Shown: positions 11,872 to 23,694 of the stretch, one piece after another
Layout: every line of letters starts with the position of its first letter
Numbering within the stretch: the stretch's first letter is position 1
Assembly: GCA_040143965.1 (NCBI GenBank)
Contig: JASJQH010006943.1
Span: forward strand, 1 to 34,156
Length of the DNA: 34,156 bases
Reading direction: 5' to 3'
From: Basidiobolus ranarum
Lineage: Eukaryota
Translations under genes and position numbers: made by a program
The notes under the pieces: generated by a model
The model's database searches: none
What the model was told of the DNA's origin: nothing
The model's input: only the letters and a program-made list of their open reading frames with translations

Positions 11872-12396
11872 ATGATTTCTGGTCAAAAGCTTCTCTTAGT
11901 CAGCGCAGTTTTGGGCATGGCTGTTTCCGCCACTATTGATCCTCGTATAAAGTGTACTGAAGATCATAATTGCGGTAATGACTTGGATTGTATCGCTTCT
12001 TGCTACCATGTTCCTAGCCCTGATAAGGCTGATATCGCAAGCACTGATGCCTGTTTCGCCAAATGCCATTCTGATGATCATGCCGAAATGATCACTTGTC
12101 GTCAAACTTGCATCAATGAACATTTCCGACCCACTGGCGCTATTGTGACCAGAACCAGCACTAAATCTGTTGAACCATCTAAAACTAAGACCGACAAGAC
12201 CTCTTCCACCAAGAGTGTCAGTAGCAGTGCTAGTGCCAGCAGTAGCCATAGTGGTAGCTCCAGTGCTAGCTCCAGCTCTAGCTCGGACGCACATACTGCC
12301 ACTCACAAGTCCGAAAATTCGGGATCTGCCCAGGCACCCCTCCTCTCGATTGTTTCCCTTGCCGCTGCTTTCGCAGCTGTTTCTGCCTTGTTGTAA
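11872..12396 (+). CDS. Secreted, probably GPI-anchored cell-surface protein, 174 aa, with an 8-Cys domain and Ser/Thr-rich stalk
   Basis: N-terminal signal peptide, CIASCYHVPSP...CFAKC...CRQTC domain, S/T-rich linker, and an NSGS omega-like site followed by a hydrophobic C-terminal tail. Intronless. Confidence 0.85.
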   Translation: MISGQKLLLVSAVLGMAVSATIDPRIKCTEDHNCGNDLDCIASCYHVPSPDKADIASTDACFAKCHSDDHAEMITCRQTCINEHFRPTGAIVTRTSTKSVEPSKTKTDKTSSTKSVSSSASASSSHSGSSSASSSSSSDAHTATHKSENSGSAQAPLLSIVSLAAAFAAVSALL

Positions 12397-12687
12397 ATTA
12401 ACATATACTCTTTACACTTCATGATTAATATATAGAGATGAAATAAACTAGAGTTTAGAACGAGAAAAATGTTTATTGAATTCAATCAATAGAATTGGAT
12501 AGAAACGAGTGAATATGATAAAGAGATAAACTGGGTCGAATTATACAATATGCGATGGTGAAGTGAACAAATAGAAAGGACATGGTAATGGTTATGGTCA
12601 TGGTCATGTAAAAAGTGGGGAGGGGGCCTTTAAGCTAGGGGGGTTAGAGATCAACTACTTCAACAAAATTTCGGCTTTTTATAGGAT

Positions 12688-14150
12688 CTAGAGAACATTG
12701 TATGAATGCAAAACACGTACTGGTGCTGGATTAAGATTAGGACTTGTTGACATCTTGGCGACATCTCCGAGTCCCTTGGTAGCAACCAAGTATTTGAGAC
12801 CATCTAAAGGACTAGCAAACATTCCACGAGATATTACACCTGGACCACTCTTTTTGGGTTGAAATAGACCAGAAGGTTTGAATTTAAGTGTATCAGCGTT
12901 TGAGTTCGGTGTCACGGAAACGGGAACGGAAATAGGAGCGGGTGCGGGTGCGGGAGTTGTAGGTAAAATAAGATCGGAGATCTTGGGTGGGGCACGAAGT
13001 TGTTCAATGATACTTAATTCGTTTTTGTAATTAGGTGAAGGGGATGACTCAAGTCTCGATTCACTCAATGAATGAATTGTAGTTTGTGCATCGTCCAGGA
13101 GAAGTGCATATTCGTCAATTAAAGAGGTCATCTTGGATTCCAAGTGTGATTGACGCTTGTCAAGAGAGGTAATACTATCTTGCATACCATTGTGATCATG
13201 TGAGATCTAACAATAATCCAATATTAATTGGAAATCAATAAAAAAATCACATACATTCTGCACTTACCGTTACAATTTGATCTTGAACTAGTCGTAACTC
13301 GTTGCCGAGGTCGATGTTTTGTTGCTGTTGAAGTTGGACTACCTGTTCGACTTCATCTTGGAAGTTAAAAACACTCTCCTTGGTCAACTCCAGGTCTTGC
13401 TCAATGAAATCTAAATCAACGAAGGTAAGATTCTGCAAAGATGCTCAATCAACACACCACTTACCGAGTCTTTTGTTAAAGGTAGTGGAAGAGACTTTAG
13501 CATCACCAATCTGATGTTGCATTGTACTCATCTCACCGACCACATTATCCACTTCCGAACGAAATTGCATGAACTCTTCACGGATAGCCTTCAACTCACG
13601 ATGCATATCACGATTTGTCTTATTGAGTGATTTAATTCTATCTTCACTCTCCGATAATTTACTAGATAAATGATCATTTTCGGATAATTGATTGATAAGT
13701 AATACTTTCTCCGCTTGTACTTCCGTAAATTGAGTGGATTGATTTTGAGTGAATAATTGTAATTTCGCTTCTAATTCTTCATTTTTCTTCGCAATGGCAA
13801 ATCCAAGTGTAGCAGCTAAATGAAGTTCTTTCTCTTTCTCTATCACCATCTGCTTTAGTTGATTGATGTCGCAAATATTGTTCACTTGATCTACTAAACT
13901 AGCAAGTACGAATTCTAGAGGCAAAAAGGAAAGTTAAACCATTCCAAGGGTTAGTAAGCCTGATGATGTAAACCCAATTCAAGAAAGTAAGCGTTTACCA
14001 GAGTCAAAGTATTCACAATCATCAAGTAAAGGGTCGAAATGGGTAGGTTTGGCAGGGGTAGAAATGGGCATTGGAGCCTATGAAAAGTTATAAACATTAA
14101 ACAGGCACTCTTATGGGACCAATGGTAAAGACCGTGTATACCTGGGACAT
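12688..14150 (-). CDS. Coiled-coil protein with an N-terminal HAP1/TRAK/BICDR-like CC1 box, ~399 aa; exons 14142-14150, 13999-14077, 13465-13914, 13268-13410, 12688-13206
   Basis: Four GT-AG introns give a continuous 1200-nt frame. It encodes EKEKELHLAATLGFAIAKKNEEL, a long heptad-rich region and a P/S-rich C-terminus. Confidence 0.75.
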
Positions 14151-15141
14151 GATTTTGGAGTTCATTATTAACTCGGGAAATATGGTGAAGTGCAAGGGAG
14201 GGTAGGATACCTAGGACAGGTAGAACAAGGATAAAGGCTATTTTCAGTGAAGTCAGAAGTAGGGTTGTTTGAGATCAAGAAAAACAGAACTGGAAAAAGA
14301 AAAGTTCAGTTTTTATTAAAATACGTGCAGTACATGTGGGAAAGGGGTGAGGGGAAAACGGAAGGGATGTTGGGGAATGAGTGTAACAGATAATAATAAA
14401 GGTCATTCGGTTTTAGTTAAACAATTAACGGTCTGGATTACCAAATCAGCCAAATCCACAGGATCCTTATTAGTGACTGTCTTATTAACAAATAAACTGT
14501 GGAAATTGAATCCATATAATACCTACATAAGAGTAACGTGAGCAGAGGAGGGATCCATGAAAATACACTAACCTGTTGGTTCGGAAAAACGCGGATTGTG
14601 AAAATCATGCGATACCAACTAGAGGTACATAAGCAAGAGCTCAGTAGGGTGGGAACAGGATAAATTTCGCTTTAATGCCGGATCGCTGTGACTTGGTCGA
14701 GACCCTTCCTCTACAAACAGATCCCGGGTTGTCTTCCATAGAGCCAAGCTTGAAAAGTCTCCTACGCTAATGATTGGTTTGGGTTGCAGTTGTGGGTGCA
14801 TTTAAACTAACATATGCATATAGTTGATTTATGTTGAATGTACTCCTCCGTCATCCACGTTGAAAATATCCGAGCCTACCATTTATTTTGCTGCGCCTTT
14901 CGTTTTCTTCGCACGACAAGAGTGGAACGTTATTATCATCATGATTATTTTATCACCATTGATGGCTTGATCGAGTTTCTATAATCCCACCTTTCATGTA
15001 TCATAATAATACCACAAAGATTTCGTCCAATTTAAACATCAATTTAGACAAAATAATCCCAAAAGTGCGGATAGTTTTTCCAGTTATCATAGTCATTTTC
15101 AACTTTCAATATTCCAATTCCCCTATGAAATCTTTATCATA

Positions 15142-16864
15142 ATGAACGACTCGATAGTTAGTAAAGCGAATGTTAGTAGTCAGGATCTAGTAAAGAGTGT
15201 AGATATTGTACCTTCTAAGCGTCCACAGGAAGTACTAGATGAGGATACATATACAGAAACCATTAGCTACTTAGTGGAGCGAGATTTTTTCCCAAATTTG
15301 ACCAAGATTAAAAAACAGAATGAACTCATCGATTCTTTGGATACTACCGATATTAATCGAATCAGTACAGTGACTAGATCCATTAAACAAGGAAGATATT
15401 TGGATACTCCTAGAAGATCTGATTCTCCATTGCCCAAGTTCCCTTCAAAAGAAGACCTTGAAGATCGAAAGTTCTCACACTTAAAAAATATATCCCTGGA
15501 CGATTTTCAAGCCAAATTCACATCGGAGGATAACGCTTCCTTTCTGGATTTACTGGATAAAAATAATGAAGAGAAACGTCAGAAGTACAAATACCTTTAT
15601 CAAAAGGAAGCCCCAACTTTGGCTATAGAAGACCAAAAGATGAAGCAGATTGAACCTAGTTCTAGTACTGGCTTTGTTGAGAGCTGGAAATACAAGGTAT
15701 TTTTTAAGGGATTGATCAACTTCATTCTTGACGCTACCTGCTCACACTATTTTACTCGGAAATAGACTAAAAACTCTCTGATGTATTATCCTGAAGGATA
15801 TCCTTTTTGTCTTTGATCGATCTTTTTGTTCATATTTATTTTAATTACATGACCTTAACTTCAACATACGTCCTATGAAAGCGATAAAAGTGAGGAACGC
15901 GGAGAATCCAAAGCTATTGCACACAAAAACACTCGTTTCGAAAGTGTAGGTAATGCGGTAAGGAAGTTTTACTTGGTCTTGATGACTCGATGGGATCACA
16001 TTGAACTGAGATGCGTTTCTTTATCTTATGTTAGGGGCCTTCATTTTCTCGGAATACCGACCGAAGCATTACATCAGGTAAGAAATTTAATCTTCAACAT
16101 CGACTATTAAGTGAAGTGATTTCTTAGAAAATTGCTAGATATGACTTCTGAAAGCGGAAGTGATTCCCCAAGAGTAAGAGGATATGGATTTGTTACTCCT
16201 TCACCACGACCTGAAGAGTTGGGGATTTTCCCATGGGATCTTGAGGGTATTCCTTCAGAGAGTAGTGAGTACACTTCTACAAAGCTTGCATTCATCTGTG
16301 CTTTATGATTCACCAACCATGATTCTGATAGAAACTCCCGTATTCAAACTGCCGCCAACTCCACGTCGGGAGCTGATCGCAATGAAGCTTAGCGAGAAAG
16401 CTTCCCGTAATCACCGCAAACAAACTCAAGCGTCACCTAGAGCAAATGCATTGAGGACACCCACCAGGTATGTTGTTCTGCATTCATCATTGGTGCGAAT
16501 CAGCTTCTCTTAACAAGTTCTTGCTCTCAGAATGGGTAGTCCTAGCCTGTCGATGAGATCACAGATGCTTTCACCCGCCGCACAGAAGCTCTTGAAAAAT
16601 AAACTACATATAGATTCCTCATTCAATAGCCACCAGGAAATACGTGAATCTTATGGTGGATTGACACCCAAACTTAACGGTAAGCCTGCTATCACAATGT
16701 ATTAACCACCACACCTTGCTAATCGAATCATTTGATGTCCCACCTGCATAGGTTCAAAATCAAGCATTAGGTCAAATATTATAACTCCAAAGCGAGTTGA
16801 GGTCTCCACCCCACTAAGAACGTCCATCACTGATGATTTGCTTGAATTTAAAAAGAAACCTTGA
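15142..16864 (+). CDS. ESS2: Splicing factor ESS2/DGCR14 (Es2 family), ~413 aa; exons 15142-15696, 15766-15797, 15870-15957, 16035-16077, 16139-16264, 16332-16467, 16531-16679, 16752-16864
   Basis: Motifs VLDEDTY, VERDFFPNL, SLDDFQAKFTSEDNASF, WKYKTKNSLMYYPEG, IAHKNTRF, SPRVRGYGFV, LSPAAQKLL and ITDDLL. Exon 4-5 boundaries are less certain. Confidence 0.92.
15798..15869 (+). other. U12-type (minor spliceosome) AT-AC intron, 72 nt, intron 2 of ESS2
   Basis: Exon ..CCT GAA GG | ATATCCTTTTT ... GACCTTAAC TTCAACATAC | G TCC TAT GAA. The branch A is ~11 nt from the 3' AC. The intron carries an in-frame TGA, and its removal joins YYPEG to the NTRF exon. Confidence 0.92.
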
Positions 16865-19254
16865 TCAGTTCCTTTTTTTAAAACGTACTCTTCTCTAAGA
16901 GTGTATATCAGAGTACGTTCATGTATTTCTAGCATTTACGAGCAGGTTATTTGAGTCAAACCAAATCCTAAATAAATTTGTACAATACAATAATATGTAG
17001 GCAACACTACCAGGTGCTTTCATATGAGTCTGCACATTAGTTTCCATTCAACTCGCAATACTCAAACAGCAATCAAGGGGCGCATTATTACTTGATAATT
17101 TACCGACATTATGACTCTATATAGATTACCTTTGAAATCGAATCTAAATGAATGCTATTGATTAACACATGCATATATGCATACATACACAATCACAGCT
17201 ATAAATGAATGCCATCTCTTCCCCAGTCTTTGTATCTCGAACTTTAAAGCAGTCAATATTTGTCATGAAGAGTAGTTATGATTCTCAAGACGCTGTCACG
17301 TGATTGTTGTTCGGCTCTTTTTCAAACATGAGGAAGACGACTCACGATAAGAAGACGTTGAGGTAATTTGGTTTCTTATCATATTACAAGAATGATGAAA
17401 GAATCCAATGATGCTGCGATAAAGCACTACACACACTCGTTGAATATCACAATTATTTGGGAGAATATCTGTTTGAGCTTTACGATTAAAATCCTGCGAG
17501 GTGATCTATTACAAACCTGTCAAGACTGATATTCAGTTTGAATAAGTATACCAGTTCGATCCTGTAGTAGAGAGTAAAACGCTGGGTTGATCCACGCAAA
17601 GTCAAATAATTCCCGAAGTATTTATCGATCAGTATCTCCAAGCTCCCACACCCCTTTGTGTTGCATCTCAAACATCCACTAAGAGTATCAATAGTGACAT
17701 CCAGGAGTCATTGAATAAAAATACTTGTAGATTGGCGTGGACACTGTTGCATATAGTAGAAAAAGTTCACAGATGGGTCACTGATTTTGAAGAGGATTTT
17801 TTAGTCTAATCTTACTCTCCATATCTCCCGCAACTTCCAATCAAGTGTTGGTAACGATATGACTCTAGCAACGGTTAGATGAGATTTGTACGGGAGAAAA
17901 AAACACCGCATAATCAATCATGTCTCCTTTTTTTGTATGGTATCGATAAGTGTCATGATCTTCGCTGAGTAACTCGTCTGGAGGATAAACGAGAGAGAAG
18001 TACTAGATTATGAATACCTATATTTGATGATTATTCACAAAGATTTTCAGTAAGAATACTGATAATTACATGTGTAAAGAATTGTTGATTTCTTTGCGAG
18101 TAAACTAGGTAGCGTATTATCATCGGCAAATTGTCAATGCTTCGACTGAAATAAGAGATATTAAGAACTAGCACTTTCACATGTTCTACTAACATGTTAT
18201 GGAAACTTCAGATGTTGGGGATAGCTCGTTAGTTTGCACTTCCCCTGAATGTCAATCAACGATGCTAAGCCCTGCAGTGATTTATCACTTACTTTAGATT
18301 AGTTCATTATGAGAACATTTTCAGCTTTGAGAGATCAAATTCTGATTGATTAATACCGACTATTACATTGATTGATCACCGATTCCAAATAATACCAAGA
18401 GGGGAGAGGTTCGTAATGAATCAGAAACCATTTAGTTATGTTAAGGAGTTTATTACTTCATATCAAGCTAGAAAAATTGACATGTGCATGGATACTTTTG
18501 ATTAGATAACATCATTCGCTATCTGTCATTGATAACTTACCAGGATTGATCGTTGATTACCTGATGTTAGCCCAGAAACGTGTTACCTATCTGGGCAATT
18601 TGGAATTGTACGTCTGCACATGATGATGACATAGTAATATGGAAAGTTCAAACATCAAGCTCAGTGATAAGAAATAGTCGGGGGTTGCTGTGTTAGGTTG
18701 CTATGAATTCCAGCAAATACGAATGACTCAGTTAATTGCGATCGATGCATGCGCTTTTCATACAGTGCAGTGTAGGTGCTATGATACTATTCTAAGAATA
18801 AATCTTAGATGAATTGTTCCTTGATTGACTGTTAATAATAGCCAAGTTAGGAAGTAATCGCAGTCCTATCTAAAAAAAATTGTTCAAACACAACGAGGGG
18901 ATTATAGAGTCATCGGAACTTGTAAAACTTTATCTTTCCTAGATTTATTATTATTGTTATTATAAACGTAACCATGTATCGATCTCTATCTGCTTTTGCC
19001 CACACTGGGACTGTTCATAACCTGATTGGTTTATCTCCCCTCAGACTGCTCATTCTTTTTTTGGGTCCCAATTTCGCCTTGCTACAAACAATTAAAAAAA
19101 ACGTGCTCACTAGATCCATACCAGAAGATCCATACTGGAAAAGCTATAAATTACACCAGGTAGCTTCGTTATACACTCATCTCTTTTTGGCCTGAATCGG
19201 AGAGCAACATTCCACTTCTCTCACTATCTCACTATCCACCTTCCTACTTTCAAC

Positions 19255-22200
19255 ATGTTTGTCAACTACGAAACCACCATTGAAGAGCTTTCAACTGGTG
19301 TATCCAATATACATTACGAGTGTGAGAATCCTTGCCTTGATGGCGATGAATGTGCTACACAAGCCCGTGCCCTAGACAAAGAAAGAGCTGCTTTATTACT
19401 GAAGAAATTAACTGAATGTGAAGATTCTGACGGGTTAACCCAAGTAGCTGAAGAAGTTACTTCCTTCGTTGAACACGTTGGTGTTATCGAAGCAGTCACT
19501 ACTTTCCAGATAATTGATATTTTAAAAGTTACTGCTCAAAACAAGAAATCTTCCATCGATCGTGAGGGTGCCCTTTTGATTTATGCTTCTTTGGCCAAAA
19601 AATTCGATCATGCAATCGAGCCCTACCTTATTTCGGAACTACCTATTATCTTGGGTGGGTATTCAGATAAATCCATTGCGGTTCGTGAGGCCGCTCAAGT
19701 AGCCGGTGCTACACTGATGGCTCTTCCATGCGAGCATGCTGTTCCAGCCCTACTACCTGTACTATTTGATGCTCTACAGAATGGTAAATGGCAAACCAAG
19801 CTTGGAAGTTTGTCACTGATCTCCGAGTTAGCCCGTACATCATCTGAGCAAGTTCGAGTTTGTCTCCCAGATATTGTTCCACGAGTTTCCGAGATTATGT
19901 GGGATACTAAACCAGAAGTTCAAACTGCCGCCAAGGTAACCATGCGTCATGTATGTGATGTTGTTGGTAACCCCGATATCGAACCATCATTGAATTCTTT
20001 AATCGGTTGTATCGCAGCCCCTGAAAACGTTCCCGAATGTATTCATCAATTAGCTGCTACCACCTTTGTGACTCAAGTTGAAGCTCCAGCGCTAGCTATT
20101 ATGACTCCTCTTCTTACAAGAGGTTTATCTGAACGTTCTCCAGCAGTTCAACGTCAAACCGCTGTTATCATTGATAATATGTGCAAATTAGTGGAAAATC
20201 CTGCCGATGCTGTACAATTTTTACCAAAGTTACTCCCTGGACTTGACCGTATTATAGAGATTGGATCTAATCCAGAGTTACGTACAGTAGCTGAACGTGC
20301 TCGTTCTACTCTTGTTCGTGTTGGTGGTGCAAATACTTCAGCATCCACTCCCGTCTTTGAATTAGTGGAATCGGCGGAAGTCTTGGAAGTTTTGAAAAAG
20401 GAAATTACTAAAGTTACTCCATCCACAATCGAAGTCTCCCCAATCGCTCTCAGTTACATTACTACTATGTGTACTGGACTTGTAAATAGACGTTGCTTTG
20501 ATGTTGTGGAGTGGGACTTGTGCATCGTTCCTTACCTTGCTCCTATTATACTTCAAAAGAATGCTGATGTTGTTTGCTCTGAAGTATTGAAATTCTATAA
20601 AGAATGGCATGAAAATGGTGCTAAAGATGCTGCTGCCGCTGCTGAAGATGAGGAAGGAGAAGAACTATGCAATTGTGAGTTCTCTCTTGCTTATGGTGGT
20701 ATGATTCTATTAAACAATACCAAACTCAAGTTACGTCGTGGACAGCGTTATGGACTCTGTGGTCCTAATGGTGTTGGTAAATCTACTCTTATGCGGTCCA
20801 TTGCTGAAGGGAAATTAAATGGATTTCCATCCCCTGATGAGCTTAAAACTGTATTCGTAGAGCATAATCTGCAGGCAGAAGAAGCTGAACTTGGAGTGCT
20901 TGAGTTCATCGCCAAAGACAAAAGTCTTTCCAACGTATCCTCAGAAGAAATTAAAAGTATGCTGTTGAGTGTTGGTTTTACTGAGGAAATGCAAGTCATG
21001 GCTATTTCTTCCCTCTCTGGTGGTTGGAAAATGAAGTTGGAATTGGCTCGTGCAATGCTGATGAAAGCAGATATTTTACTTCTTGACGAACCTACCAATC
21101 ACTTGGATGTTACCAATGTTGCTTGGTTAGAAGCTTACCTTAACAGTCTTTCGAATGTCACTAGTATCCTAGTATCTCATGACTCTGGCTTTTTGGATAA
21201 TGTTTGTACCAACATTATTCACTACGAAAGTCGTAAGTTGAAGAACTATAAGGGAAATCTTTCGGAATTCGTAAAACAATACCCAGAAGCGAAATCATAC
21301 TATGAACTTGCCAGTGTCACTCACAAATTCAAACTTCCCACTCCAGGCTTATTAGATGGAGTTAAATCAAAGGGAAAAGCCATATTAAAAATGACAGACA
21401 TCGGATATACCTACCCTGGAGCTAGCAAACAAGCTCTAAGGGACATCTCTGTCCAATGCTCTTTGAATTCCCGTGTTGCTGTTCTAGGTCCTAATGGTGC
21501 TGGTAAATCCACCATGATCAAAGTACTAACTGGTGAAATTGTACCTGATTGCGGTGAAATTAAGAAGCACCCTAATCTTCGTGTTGCTTATGTGGCCCAG
21601 CATGCTTTCCATCACGTTGAACAACATCTTGACCAAACCCCAAATGAGTACATCCGTTGGCGTTATCAGAGCGGCGAGGATCGTGAATCTTTGAGCAAAG
21701 CTGATCGCCAGGTATCCGAGGAAGAGCTTAAGCAAATGAATACTGTGGTTGTTTGGGATGGTGAAAAGCTCAAAGTAGAGGGTCTATATGGACGCCGCAA
21801 GGCTGGTCGTTCATCAGAATACGAGGTTCAATGGGCAGGCAAGAGTCATGAAGATAATGCTTGGGTACCTCGGGAAGATTTGGAAAAATGGGGCTTCAAA
21901 AAGATGTTAGATGCTTATGATGCAAAGGAAGCAGCTCTCGCTGGTGCTTGGACTAGGCAATTAACTGCCAAGGAAGTAGAGAAACATCTTAGCGATCTTG
22001 GTTTGGATGTAGAATTCGCTACCCATAGTCGTATTCGTGGCCTATCCGGTGGCCAGAAAGTTAAGGTTGTAATCGCAGCTGCCATGTGGCTCAACCCTCA
22101 TTTGCTGGTTCTTGACGAACCTACCAATTATTTGGATCGTGATTCTCTCGGTGCTCTAGCTGAAGCCATTAAAGAATTTGAGGGAGGAGTTGTAATGATT

Positions 22201-22476
22201 TCCCATCACACAGAGTTCACTTCAAGTCTATGTACCGAAACCTGGAAGGTTGATGCTGGTACTGTGACCCTTGAAGGGAATGATTATTCTACCAATGCTG
22301 GTGAGAAAATTCAAGCACAGGAGGAGGCTCAAACCAAATTAGATGCCTTCGGTAACGTATCTAAGGTTTCCTCCAAGAAGAAGCTCTCTCGTAAAGAACT
22401 GAAGCAAAAGCAAAAGAGGAGAGCTCAGCAAATCGCCAATGGGGAGGAGGTTAGCAGTGATGAGGATGACATTTGA
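19255..22476 (+). CDS. YEF3: Fungal translation elongation factor 3 (HEAT + ABC1 + ABC2 with chromodomain insert), 1073 aa, intronless
   Basis: Motifs ATTFVTQVEAPALAI, EGEELCNCEFSLAYG, GPNGVGKST, LSGGWKMK, LLDEPTNHLD, GPNGAGKST, YEVQW (chromodomain), LSGGQKVK, and the DAFGN..KKKLS basic/acidic tail typical of eEF3. Confidence 0.93.
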   Translation: MFVNYETTIEELSTGVSNIHYECENPCLDGDECATQARALDKERAALLLKKLTECEDSDGLTQVAEEVTSFVEHVGVIEAVTTFQIIDILKVTAQNKKSSIDREGALLIYASLAKKFDHAIEPYLISELPIILGGYSDKSIAVREAAQVAGATLMALPCEHAVPALLPVLFDALQNGKWQTKLGSLSLISELARTSSEQVRVCLPDIVPRVSEIMWDTKPEVQTAAKVTMRHVCDVVGNPDIEPSLNSLIGCIAAPENVPECIHQLAATTFVTQVEAPALAIMTPLLTRGLSERSPAVQRQTAVIIDNMCKLVENPADAVQFLPKLLPGLDRIIEIGSNPELRTVAERARSTLVRVGGANTSASTPVFELVESAEVLEVLKKEITKVTPSTIEVSPIALSYITTMCTGLVNRRCFDVVEWDLCIVPYLAPIILQKNADVVCSEVLKFYKEWHENGAKDAAAAAEDEEGEELCNCEFSLAYGGMILLNNTKLKLRRGQRYGLCGPNGVGKSTLMRSIAEGKLNGFPSPDELKTVFVEHNLQAEEAELGVLEFIAKDKSLSNVSSEEIKSMLLSVGFTEEMQVMAISSLSGGWKMKLELARAMLMKADILLLDEPTNHLDVTNVAWLEAYLNSLSNVTSILVSHDSGFLDNVCTNIIHYESRKLKNYKGNLSEFVKQYPEAKSYYELASVTHKFKLPTPGLLDGVKSKGKAILKMTDIGYTYPGASKQALRDISVQCSLNSRVAVLGPNGAGKSTMIKVLTGEIVPDCGEIKKHPNLRVAYVAQHAFHHVEQHLDQTPNEYIRWRYQSGEDRESLSKADRQVSEEELKQMNTVVVWDGEKLKVEGLYGRRKAGRSSEYEVQWAGKSHEDNAWVPREDLEKWGFKKMLDAYDAKEAALAGAWTRQLTAKEVEKHLSDLGLDVEFATHSRIRGLSGGQKVKVVIAAAMWLNPHLLVLDEPTNYLDRDSLGALAEAIKEFEGGVVMISHHTEFTSSLCTETWKVDAGTVTLEGNDYSTNAGEKIQAQEEAQTKLDAFGNVSKVSSKKKLSRKELKQKQKRRAQQIANGEEVSSDEDDI

Positions 22477-23694
22477 TTACTTACTTTCCTATAGAACATT
22501 CATAATTCCTCATGTCCAATACCTTTATCTATCTATATATATAATCGTTACTTTCATTGCCTGATTAAAGTATATGCTGTTAATTTCTACTTGATATATT
22601 GAGATCTTGAATATTGCGAATAGCAAGCTGTTCGAATTATCTGCTTAGATCTGTAACTATTGTCAGTGAAAAATACATTATGATGGAATTAGAATCCCTT
22701 TGTAAAAATACCGCTTAGCTAAGAAAATAAGTATTTATGTATCATGTGAAGAAGAAAGCTCATTGATTAATACTTTTGTCATTGAATGCTAATATCTATA
22801 TATATGTTATATACAGAGGATGATTAGTAGAGGAACATGATATGAAATACATAAGTTGAATTGGCTGAAATCTGACTTTACTCCTTCATCTTCATTATCA
22901 GTAAATCTCTCTCTGTTGCTTTAAAAAATCCACTTTTACACTTCATTACTATCTGACAGTTCTTGCCGTTGTCGCATGTCTTGATGGGATGTTGCATTGC
23001 TGATGTATGAGCAAAGTCAACCTTAGTATTGCGAGGGTCAATATTATAATGGTGGTAACCACCTTTACAAAGTTCGATCATATAAACATTATTCCGTCAC
23101 CATAAGCCATATGTAAACTTAACTTCAACACAAAGCTTACAACAAAATCCGAGTCAACTTGGATCATGTTCAACAACTAATCTGAATTGATTATATGCCA
23201 AAAGAAATATATCTATCCAAATGACGATGATTCAATCAACTAATTAATCATTACACATACAATGAATGCACATTATATTAATAGAGTCCTGTTGCACATA
23301 TCACTCTGCTGGCTTCTGACAGTGGCGATGGGATGGTGACACACTACTATTTGTTGGCTAAGCCACAAGCAATTCATCTCGATTAGTTTCGGAACAAATA
23401 AGGAATCTAATGGCTGTTGACGCAACTTGGGAAGAGTGTGATGTAGGTTTGTTGGTATAACAAAGATGCGGATCATTATACCTAATATTGGAATCAGTTA
23501 GAGCGTATTGAGTTCAAGCATAATATTTTCTTGAGTATCAGTCAACTAACAGTCATCGGCTATCTGTATATCTATCAAGTCAAAGCTATGCTCACGTAAT
23601 GGTACAGTGTGTATATATGCTAAAGGGATGTCATTCATAATGTGCTTATCTATTTAAACGTGCTTAGACATTTTCGCATTCTTCAAGAAACTCT

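Noticed and set aside
14200-14210. GTATCCTA on the minus strand upstream of the coiled-coil gene as a U12 GT-AG donor
   Set aside because: Incomplete consensus and no CCTTRAC branch site downstream.
18974-19195. 73-aa ORF as an eEF3 uORF
   Set aside because: It begins upstream of the likely TATA box (TATAAA, 19145-19150), so it is probably not in the mRNA, and it has no recognisable features.
20935-21170. GTATCCT motifs inside eEF3
   Set aside because: They lie in an uninterrupted conserved ABC domain and have no branch signal.
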